From: an uncultured Actinomycetota bacterium
GTDB lineage: Bacteria > Actinomycetota > Actinomycetes > Actinomycetales > Demequinaceae
NCBI GenBank assembly: GCA_963712245.1
Contig: CAVQHE010000004.1
Span: 34,602-98,601, forward strand
Direction: 5' to 3'
Length of the DNA: 64,000 nt
Below the pieces are notes generated by a model that was not told where the DNA came from, ran no database searches, and saw nothing but the letters and a program-made list of their open reading frames with translations. The first letter of the stretch is position 1, and every line of letters begins with the position of its first letter. Below are positions 38,810 to 49,776 of this stretch, piece after piece. Both the position numbers and the translations under genes were made by a program.

Positions 38810-38914
38810 CGACAGGGGAGCGCCTCCGTCCACCGAGGACGGGCCAGGGCGCTGAGAGTGCGGATCGCCGCAGACCCTCGAACCTGATCCGGCTAGCACC
38901 GGCGTAGGGAGTCG
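38810..38914 (+). promoter_or_regulatory. TPP (THI-box) riboswitch with an SD-sequestering expression platform
   Basis: The aptamer reads CGAC-AGGGGAGCGCC...GGGCGCUGAGAG...ACCCUCGAACCUGAUCCGGCUAGCACCGGCGUAGGGA-GUCG. Downstream, CCUCCU (38925-38930) can pair with the SD AGGAGG (38935-38940), 8 nt before the ATG at 38948. Confidence 0.9.
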
Positions 38915-38947
38915 AGACTCGTCCCCTCCTGAGAAGGAGGCTGAACC

Positions 38948-39992
38948 ATGCGCACACGCGCGCACCGTCACCACCGCCACGGCGCTCGCCGTCGCGGCAA
39001 CCTGTCCCTCGGCGGGATGCTCCTCCGCCCGATCCGACCCGACGTCCGTCACCGTCGTCACTCACGACAGCTTCGCGGTACCGGACGACGTCGTGGCGGC
39101 CTTCGAGCAGGAGTCCGGCCTCCACGTCACGTTCGTCGCGCCGGGCGACGCCGGGACGCTCGTCAACCAGCTCATCCTGACCAAGGACGCGCCGCTCGGC
39201 GACGTCGTCTACGGGATCGACAACACGTTCGCCTCCCGCGCGATCGACGAGGGCATCTTCGCCGACTACACGAGCGAGCTACCCGCCGCGGCCGACGCCG
39301 CCGCGTACGCGGTCCCCGGAGCTCGCGCGCTCACCGCGATCGACTACTCGGACGTGTGCCTCAACGTCGACCACCGCTACTTCGCGGATCGCGGCATCCC
39401 CGAGCCCGACACGCTCGACGACCTGCACGAAGCCCGAATACAAGGGCATGCTCAGCGTCACCAACCCCGCGACGTCGTCTCCCGGCCTCGCCTTCCTGCT
39501 CGCGACCATCGCGGCGAAGGGCGACGCGTGGCCGGACTACTGGGCGCAGCTCCGCGCCAACGGCCTGCGCGTCGCCGCCTCGTGGTCGGACACCTACTAC
39601 ACGGACTTCTCGGGCCCCAACTACGGCGGCGACTACCCGATCGTGCTCAGCTACGCGTCGTCTCCGCCGTCCGAGGTCGGCGACGACGGGGCGCCCACCA
39701 CGGCGGCCTTGCTCGACACGTGCTTCCGCCAGGTCGAGTACGCGGGCGTCCTCGAGGGCGCGGAGAACCCGAGGCCGCCAGAAGGTGGTCGACTGGATGC
39801 TGTCCGACGCGTTCCAGGCGTCGCTCCCGGAGAACATGTACGTGTATCCCGTCTCGACCTCGCGTGTCGAGTGCCGGCCGAGTGGGCGGAGTACGCGCCG
39901 CTCGCCCGCACCCCTGCTCGCTCGACCCCGGCACGATCGACGCGCACCGCGACGAGTGGATCCGGACGTGGACGGAGGAGGTGCTCGGCTAG
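38948..39992 (+). pseudogene. thiB: Thiamine ABC transporter substrate-binding lipoprotein (ThiB/TbpA), at least 5 frame changes
   Basis: Frame 2 holds only the ATG. The signal peptide with lipobox SAGC and VVTHDSFAVPDDVVAAFEQESGLHVTF are in frame 0. GMLSVTNPATSSPGLAFLLATI is in frame 1. VVDWMLSDAFQASLPENMYVYPV is in frame 2. The tail DEWIRTWTEEVLG is in frame 0. Confidence 0.8.
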
Positions 39993-39999
39993 CGCGGAC

Positions 40000-41650
40000 C
40001 GTCCGGCGACCGTCCGAGCGCACGCCGCCAGCCGCCCCGCGCGGCGCGATGGGCCGTGCTCGCGCTGCCGCTCGCCTTCCTCGCGCTGTTCTTCCTGTGG
40101 CCGACGTCGCGGTGCTGTGGCGGGGCTTCAGCCGGGGCGTCGGGCAGGACGGTCGCTCGGCAGCCGCGCCGCGACGCTCGAGGCCATCGGGACGACGCTC
40201 GGTCTCGCCGCGGCGGGCACGCGCTCGTCCCTCGCGCTCGGGCTTCCCGCCGCCTACGCGCTGTTCCGGGTGCGGTGGCGGGGGCAGGCGTTCGTCCGCG
40301 CACTGGCGGCGTGCCGTTCGTGCTGCCGACCGTCGTGGTCGCGGCGGCGTTCTCGGCGCTCCTGCGCCCGCCGGGCCTGCTGGGCTTCCTCGGGGCCGAC
40401 CAGTCGATCGCGGCGATCGTGGCGGCGCTGGTCTTCTTCAACGTCTCCGTCGTGATGCGCGTCGTCGGCGGGGCGTGGGCGGGCCTCGACCCCGCGACGT
40501 CGCCGCGGCCCGGACGCTCGGGGCGAGCCCGCGCCGCGCCTTCGCTCACGTCACGCTGCCCGCGCTCGGGCCGCGATCGCGGCCGCCGCGGCGGTCGTGT
40601 TCCTCTTCTGCGCCTCGTCCTTCGGGATCGTGCTGGTGCTCGGCGGCACGCGGGTGTCGACGATCGAGACGGAGATCTACCTGCAGGTCAACCAGTTCCT
40701 CGACCTGCGCGCCGCGGCCCTCGCGCTCCTCCAGCTGGTGATCGTCGCCCTCGCGCTCTGCGCCTCGGAGTGGGCGCGCGCGCGGCGCGATCGGGCCCTC
40801 GGAGGTCGGACGCGGACGGCGACGCGCCGCGCGGGTCGGCGCGACGCCCCGGCCTCGTCGCCGCGCTCTTCGCCGTGGCTCGTCGCTCCTCGTCGGGCGC
40901 CCATCGCGGCCCTCGTCGAGCGCTCGCTGCGGACGCGGAACGGCTGGGGGCTCGACCACTACCGCGCTCTCGCGCCGCCCGCGCGCGCGGTCCTCGCCGG
41001 AGCCCGTCTGGCGCGGCCTGGCATTCGCTCGAGACCGCGCGATCGCCGCGGCGATCGCCAGGCCGCCGGGCCTGACGCTCGCCCACGTCGTCACCCGATG
41101 GCGGCGCACGGTTCTGGACGCGGGTCGCTCGCGATGCTCCCGCTGGGCGTAGCGCCGTCATGGTCGGCCTGGGCCTGCTCCTCACCCTCGAAGCGCCTCG
41201 TCGTGCGGCATCGACCTCGCGCCTCGTCGTTCAGGCTCGTGCCCGTCGGCCAGTCGCTCGTCGCGTTTCCCTTTGTCACCCGCAGCCTCGTGCCCGGCGC
41301 TCCGCGGCCATCGACGACCGCCTGCGAATCCGCCGCGTCGCTCGGCGCCTCCCCGTGCGAGGTGTGGGCGCTGTCGACTGGCCGCTCGTCCGCGGCCCTT
41401 CGGCGTCGCGGTGGGCTTCGCGTTCGCCGTCTCGCTCGGGGAGTTCGGCGCGACGGGCTTCCTCGCGCGGCCCGACCGCCCGACCCTGCCGACGGCGATC
41501 TTGCGCCTGCTTGGGCGGCCCGGGACGCCGACAACGTCGGCATGGCGTTCGCCGCGACGGTGCTGCTCGCGGCGATCACAGGGACGATCATGGTGGCGGC
41601 CGAACGGTTGCGCGCATCGGAGGGAGGCGGAGACTATGAGCGGGCTCGAG
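40000..41650 (+). pseudogene. thiP: Thiamine ABC transporter permease (ThiP), many frame changes; boundaries are approximate
   Basis: Permease-like segments are scattered over three frames: [69 protein letters not shown] and [19 protein letters not shown]. Confidence 0.7.
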
Positions 41651-42289
41651 CTGACGCGACGTCTCGGTGGCGTATCCCGGCCGGCCGCCGGTCCCGCCGT
41701 CCGCGACGTCTCGCGAGGTCGAGCCGGGCGAGATGGTCGCGCTGCTCGGGCCGTCGGGGTGCGGCAAGTCGACGCTGCTCGCCGCGATCGCGGGCATCGT
41801 GCCGTGCATCGGGCACGGTGGCGTTGGACGGCGAGGACATGGCCGCACGTGCCGATCCACCTCCGTGGATTCGGCCTCGTGTTCCAGGACGGCCACGCTC
41901 TTCCCGCACCGCACGGTCGCGGGAACGTCGCGTTCGGACTGGAGATGGCGCGCGCGCCGAGCGACGAGCGCGCGCGCGGGTCGCCGAGATGCTCGAATGG
42001 TCCGGCTCGACGCCTATCGCGATCGCGCCCGTCGACGAGCTGTCGGGCGGCGAACGCCAGCGCGTCGCGCTCGCGCGGTCGCTCGCGCCGCGGCCGCGCC
42101 TCCTGCTGCTCGACGAACCGCTTAGCTCGCTCGACGCGGAACTGCGGACGCGCCTCGCGGGCGAGATGCGTGACATCCTGGTCGCGACCGACACGACGGC
42201 GATCGTCGTCACGCACGATCGTTCCGAGGCGCGAGCGATGGCCTCGAGGGTCGTTGACGATGGACGACGGCAGGATCGTGCCGCGCTGA
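41636..42289 (+). pseudogene. thiQ: Thiamine ABC transporter ATPase (ThiQ), at least 5 frame changes
   Basis: Walker [14 protein letters not shown], the [16 protein letters not shown] region, signature [13 protein letters not shown] and Walker [13 protein letters not shown] lie in different frames. The tail [10 protein letters not shown] ends at 42289. Confidence 0.8.
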
Positions 42290-42394
42290 CCTCGCGTGCG
42301 GCGCCGTGTTCGGGACGAATGGGACGAGATCGGACGCCGAGGCGCGCGGATCGGGCCCGGGGCTCCTAGGCTGGGGGCAACGAAAAGGACGGCC

Positions 42395-43275
42395 ATGACC
42401 CTACCCCCCGCAAACTGGTATCACCGGATCCCAAGGATCCCGAGCCTGCAGCGCTACTGGGACGGCGCGGCGTGGACGGACTTCACGAACCCCGCGGGGC
42501 GGGCAGGGACGCGCCGCGCCCGCATCGCCCAGCCCGGTCGGGCTTCTCCGATCCGCCGCGCTCACGTCGGGGCACTGTGGATCGGTCTCGCCGCATCGGC
42601 GCGCGTCGCGGTCGATTCGCGCGTCGTGGTCGTCGGCATCGTCGCGATCGCCGGTCGCAATCTGCCGCCAGTCAGCACGCGAGTACACCGGCGCGCCCGT
42701 GACGGCGTCGCGACACCGCGCCCGAGGGCAAGATCGAGGTGATCTCGCCGAGCGAGAGCCTGGCACCGAGATCCCGACGGCGTGGGTCGAACGCGCGACT
42801 ACGTCGATATCGAGTCGCGCGGTCGGCGACCTTCCCGAAGGCGGCACGTTCATCGGCGCGTGGTACACCGAGGCGCGACGGCCACGACGATCCCCAGTTC
42901 CAGTCATGGTCGGTCGAGTTCGGGTCCGGCGCGGCCGGTCCGGGCACGCTCGACGACCTCCATCGCCAGGTGATGACCGGGGTCCGCGTTTCCTCGGCGG
43001 ACGTGACGATCACGGATGCGACGTCGACCGATCGACGATCGGCCTCGAGGGCCGGACGAGCGACGCGAGCTCGGATCGTCCTCACTCGAGGACTTCGCGG
43101 GCGGCATGCGCGTCACGACCGCTCGGGCACGGACGCCGCCTCGGGCGATGTTCACATGGACGTCGTACAGCAGGCCGATCGACGAGCAGGTCCGACGTCC
43201 TCGAGTCGATGCGCATCGACGCGTCGACCGTCGTCACCGTGCCCCGCGACGGCGAGCGCGCGAGACGCACGCGAC

Positions 43276-43279
<4 letters not shown>
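42395..43279 (+). pseudogene. Remnant of a DUF2510-domain membrane protein; the 3' limit is uncertain
   Basis: MTLPPANWYHRIPRIPSLQRYWDGAAWTDF is a DUF2510 motif and is followed by a hydrophobic segment. Downstream, only short protein-like stretches remain in alternating frames. Confidence 0.4.
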
Positions 43280-45230
<1,951 letters not shown>

Positions 45231-45281
45231 CCCGGAGCAGGGCGGGGGCTCTCGCCCCCGCCCCTTCGGCCGGAGGAGCAC

Positions 45282-45869
45282 ATGACCGACGACGACACGG
45301 GGGCCACCCCCGACGAGCGACCCGAGGGCGCGGCAGGATCCGGCGACCCCATGGCCGCCGACGACCAGCCCGACTCGAGCGACGCGGAATTCGAGGCGGA
45401 GCTCGCGAGCCTCACCACCGGAGAGGCCGAGGTGGACGACGCCCTCGCGCTCGCTCACGCGAAGGCCGCCGAGCACCTGGGCGACCTCCAGCGCCTTCAG
45501 GCCGAGTACGTCAACTACCGCAAGCGCGTGGACCGCGACCGCCAGGTCGCGGGGGAGGCGGCGTCGGCGAAGGTGATCGAATCGCTCGTGCCCGTGCTCG
45601 ACGACATCGCGGCCGCCCGCGATCACGGAGAGCTCGAGGGCCCGTTCGCCGCGATCGCCGAGAAACTCGAGGCCACGCTCTCGAGGCTCGGCTGGGCGCC
45701 GTATGGAGAGCCCGGCGAGCCCTTCGACCCCTCGATTCACGAGGCGCTGCTGTCCGCCCCCGAAGCCGGCGTGACCGAGCCGACCGTACGTGAGGTCGCC
45801 CAGCGCGGGTACCGGATGGGCGATCGCATCCTCCGACCCGCAAGGGTCGTCGTCGCGCAACCCGAATAG
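45282..45869 (+). CDS. grpE: Nucleotide exchange factor GrpE
   Basis: [29 protein letters not shown] and [16 protein letters not shown] are present. Confidence 0.9.
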   Translation: MTDDDTGATPDERPEGAAGSGDPMAADDQPDSSDAEFEAELASLTTGEAEVDDALALAHAKAAEHLGDLQRLQAEYVNYRKRVDRDRQVAGEAASAKVIESLVPVLDDIAAARDHGELEGPFAAIAEKLEATLSRLGWAPYGEPGEPFDPSIHEALLSAPEAGVTEPTVREVAQRGYRMGDRILRPARVVVAQPE

Positions 45870-45904
45870 GAAACCCGCCTAGACGAGACCAGAAGGGAGG
45901 CCCC

Positions 45905-46839
45905 GTGGCAAGCCAGGATTGGTTCAACAAGGACTTCTACGCCGTGCTGGGCGTCCCGAAGGATGCGGACGACGCGGCGATCAAGAAGGCGTATCGCAAG
46001 CTCGCGCGCACGCTCCACCCCGACGCCAACCCCGGCGACGCGAAGGCGGAGGCGAAGTTCAAGGACGTCGGCGAGGCGTACGCGGTGCTCTCGGACAAGG
46101 AGCAGCGCCAGCAGTACGACGCCGTGCGCGCCATGGGCGGGGGCGCGCGCTTCCAGCCCGGCGGCGCCGGATTCGAGGACGCGTTCAGCGGGATGTTCGG
46201 CGGCGGCGGGCGTCGGACAGCCGGGGCGCCCCGGGGTTCGAGGATCTGCTCGGCAACCTCTTCGGGGGCGGCGGGTTCTCCATGGGCCCTCAGCCCGGCG
46301 GCGACCTCGCCGCCGCGACGGAGGTGACGTTCCGCCAGGCCGCCGAGGGCGCGACCGTCCGCCTCAACGTCGGCGGAAGGAACGTGTCGACGCGACTGCC
46401 TGTCGGCGTGCGGGACGGGCAGCGGATCCGACTGCGCGGCAAGGGCCAGCCGAGCCCCAACGGCGGTCCCCCCGGCGACCTCGTCCTCACCGTCCACGTG
46501 GCGAAGCATCCCGTGTTCACCGCAGACGGATCCAACCTCCGCGTCCGCGTCCCCGTCACGTTCATGGAGGCGGCGCTCGGGGCGCAGGTCGAGGTGCCGA
46601 CTCTCGACGGCGGCAACGTGCGCGTCAAGATCCCAGCCGGCACGGCGTCGGGCACGACGCTCCGCGTGAAGGGCAAGGGCCTCGCCGGAAAGAAGGGCAC
46701 GGGCGACATGCTCGCCACCGTGGAGGTTCGCGTGCCCACGAAACTCAGCTCGAAGGCGAAGGACGCGCTCGCCGCGATCGCGGACGAGCTCGGCGACGAG
46801 GCCGTTCGCGCCGAGCTTTACCGGAAGGCGACGGCATGA
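45905..46839 (+). CDS. dnaJ: J-domain co-chaperone (DnaJ/CbpA type; no Cys-rich zinc-finger region seen); one frame break near 46205
   Basis: The J domain is [36 protein letters not shown]. The C-terminal substrate-binding domains are in ORF 45919..46839. Confidence 0.85.
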
Positions 46840-47255
46840 GCGAGCGGCCGCAGCCCGACGTCGACGAGCCCGTCTTCGCGGTGTCGGCGGCGGCAGAGCT
46901 CGCGGGTATGCACGCCCAGACGCTGCGCCAATACGACCGCCTCGGACTCGTCGTCCCGCGACGCCGTCGCGGGGGCGGGCGGCGGTATTCCCTTCGCGAC
47001 ATCGCGACGCTCCGCGAGGTGCAGCGGATGAGCCAGGACGAGGGAATCAACCTCGCCGGCATCGCGCGCATCCTCATGCTCCAGGAGCGGGTCGACCGCT
47101 TGGCCGCGGAAGTCGAACGGCTTCGCCCTCGCGCCGACACCGGCTCCCGCGTGTTCACCTCGGCTCCCGACGGGCGCGTCGTCATCGTCGAACGGGGACA
47201 GCGCATGGGTCGTAGCGAGGGGCGGGCGCTCGTGCTGTGGCGGCGCGGGCGCTAA
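46836..47255 (+). CDS. hspR: Heat-shock repressor HspR (MerR family)
   Basis: FAVSAAAELAGMHAQTLRQYDRLGLVVPRR...RRYSLRDIATLREVQRMSQDEGINLAGI is present. The ATG overlaps the dnaJ stop (ATGA). Confidence 0.9.
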   Translation: MSERPQPDVDEPVFAVSAAAELAGMHAQTLRQYDRLGLVVPRRRRGGGRRYSLRDIATLREVQRMSQDEGINLAGIARILMLQERVDRLAAEVERLRPRADTGSRVFTSAPDGRVVIVERGQRMGRSEGRALVLWRRGR

Positions 47256-47488
47256 AGACCGTCGACCACCACCGTCTTAACGCGCGCCGTCGCGCCGGCC
47301 GAGATGCGGATCGCGCGCTTCGGCACCCCGAAGTGCTTCGCGAGCGCCGCCTCGACCGCTCGGTTCGCCGCGCCCTCGATCGCGCGCTCCCTCACCGTGA
47401 CGACGAGCATCCCGTCGTCGCCTTCGGCGACTCCTGGGGCGGCGCGGCTGCCCGCCTTCACCCGCACTCGTATCCGACGCTCGGTCAC
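47252..47488 (-). CDS. DUF167 (YggU-like) protein
   Basis: This 78-aa ORF has IRVRVKAGSR...VVTVRERAIEGAANRAVEAALAKHFGVPKRAIRISAGATARVK. Confidence 0.75.
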   Translation of the reverse strand: MTERRIRVRVKAGSRAAPGVAEGDDGMLVVTVRERAIEGAANRAVEAALAKHFGVPKRAIRISAGATARVKTVVVDGL

Positions 47489-47543
47489 GTGTCCGAGGGT
47501 ATCGCTCGCCCCGGCGCGGGCGAGGTCAACCTAGACTGGCGCC

Positions 47544-48721
47544 ATGCCCATTGACGTCGCGCGAGTCCGCGCGGAAACGCGCGCCGCGGATACGGTGCTC
47601 CACCTGAACAACGCGGGCACCTCGCTGCCCCCGGCGATTGTCATGGACACCGTCCACGAGCAGCTCCGTGCCGAGGAGGTGTTCGGCGGCTACGAGGCGG
47701 AGGCGCTAGCCGAGCCCGCGTTGGAGCGCGCCTACGAGTCCATCGCGACGCTCGTCGGAGGGTCGGCGAACGAGGTCGCGTTCTTCGGCGGGGCCACGGC
47801 CGCGTGGCAGACGGCGCTGCTGTCGCTCCCGTGGAAGCGCGGCGACCGGATCCTTACGTCCAGGCGGAGTACCCCTCGAACGTCTACGCGTACGCGTACC
47901 TCAAGGACCGCTACGGCGTCCGCACCGAATACATCGCCGACGACGAGCACGGGCAGATCGACGTCGACGCACTCCGCGAGGCGATCGACGAGAAGACCCG
48001 ACTGATCTCCGTCACCCACGTGCCAACGTACGGCGGCCTCGTCAATCCCGTCGCGCGCGTCGGCGAGGTGGCGAAGGACGCCGGGATCCTCTACCTCGTC
48101 GACGCCTGCCAGAGCGTCGGCCACCTCCACCTCGACGTCGACGAGATCGGATGCGACCTTCTCACCGGCGCCGGCCGCAAGTATCTGCGCGGGCCGCGGG
48201 GGACGGGGTTCCTCTGGGCGAGCCCTCGGGCGATCGAGGTGATGAAGCCCCCGCTCGCCGACCAGCACTCGCAGACGTGGACGACGCTCACGTCGTTCGA
48301 ACCGGTACCCGGCGCGAAACGCCTCGAGACGTTCGAGCGGTCGATCGCTCTCCAGCTGGGTCTGGGCGCCGCCGCGCGGTACGCGACGGCGCTCGACACG
48401 ACGGTGATCGAGGCGCGAGTCTGCGCCCTCGCCGCGGCGTTCCGCGGCATGCTCTCGGAAATCCCCGGCGTGACGATCCGGGACCGGGGCGAGCGTCTGT
48501 GCGGGATCGTCACCTTCACGATCGAGGGATTCTCCGCTGAGGAGGTGCGCGTCGCGCTACGCGAACACCACATCAACACGTGGATCGTGACGCGCGCCGC
48601 GTCGATGCGCGACTTCGCCGCTCGTGGCCTCGACGAGGTGACCCGCGCTTCCGTGCACTACTACAACACCGAGGACGAACTCGCCCGCACCGCCGACGTG
48701 CTCCGCACGCTCGTCGAGTAG
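47544..48721 (+). CDS. Class V aminotransferase / cysteine-desulfurase-like PLP enzyme; one frame break near 47858
   Basis: LHLNNAGTSLPP is in frame 0. SVTHVPTYGGLVNP, LVDACQSVGHL and GAGRKYLRGPRGTGFL (PLP Lys region) are in ORF 47804..48721. Confidence 0.8.
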
Positions 48722-48830
48722 GCGCCGACAAGAAGCATCCCCGGGCCCCTGCGCGATCGAGCGCCGGGGACCCGGGGACTTAAGCACGTTGCACCGGTGT
48801 ACCGGGGGGAAGGGACGGGGGAGAGGTGGA

Positions 48831-49600
48831 CTACCGCTGCAACGTGTTCAAGAGTTCGACGGCGTACGCGTGCGTCTCGGGGAGCGCCTCGACCCACACC
48901 CGGGGCGGCTGACGCCACAGGTTGCCGACGCGCATGCTGGTCGCGCGCTCGTCGATGTGCTCGCGGAGCGCCGCGATGCCGGAGCCGAGGGCCTCGCCGC
49001 GGCGAACCAGCACCCCGTAGAGGCCGTCGCCGAGGTGCGCCATCGGGTGGCCGTCGCCGTACGCCGCGACCAACGCCGAGCCGACCGCCGCGTTGCGCGC
49101 GATGCGCTGCCACACGTCCGAGTCCACGACCGAGACGTCGACGACGACGAGCGCGTGCGTGTCGGCGACGCGCTCGTCCCGGCGCCTAGCCGCGCCGTAG
49201 ACCTCGACGAGACGCTGCGAGAGGTAGTCGACCGTGCCGAGCCCCGACTCGGGTCGGTCATCGTGCCCAGCGAGCCTCCAGCCGGGTTCCCGCCGGTCCA
49301 TCCCTCGCACAGCGCGCGGACGGAACGGATGGGGGTGTCCTCGTATCCTGCGGCGCGGAACACGATCGCGAGGTCGTCGATCGCCTCGGTGATTCCGACG
49401 CCCGCGTTGGCGCGAGCCGCGCCAAGCCTTGACGCGGAGGGAGCGGTGTCGAGTCCGGCTTCGATCGCCTCGACAAGGGCGTCCACCGCAGGCGTGTACC
49501 AGTCGCCCGGGCGGAGCCACACAGTCTGCACACTGGCCGCGCGCCACTCCTCGGTGAGGGCACTCGCGGATCCAGATCGACTCACATCGACGTCCGTCAT
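48831..49600 (-). CDS. Hypothetical protein with a degenerate GGDEF-like C-terminal domain; one frame break near 49290
   Basis: The N-terminal half is in ORF 48848..49600 and the C-terminal half in ORF 48831..49604. THALVVVDVSVVDSDVW...AHLGDGLYGVLV resembles a GGDEF fold in which GGDEF is replaced by GDGLY. This is my visual alignment only. Confidence 0.45.
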
Positions 49601-49776
49601 GCATGATGAGAGAGATTCGTCACTCCGTTATGACGCCGTTATCTCGAGAATTCTCCGAAACCTTCGCGAATCCGGCGCCGAAGGTGTGACAAACGTCGCA
49701 CTTCACCAGGTTGCGTACCGTCGCGCGCGACCAGGGACCATTAGATATGGGCGTCAGAAGCCCGATCGGAGCATCG

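Noticed and set aside
48737-48779. Long GC-rich inverted repeat (TCCCCGGG…CCCGGGGA with an inner palindrome GCGCGATCGAGCGC) between convergent genes.
   Set aside because: It is most simply a bidirectional terminator or REP-like hairpin. It has no T-tract and no second copy in the window, so I did not list it as a feature.
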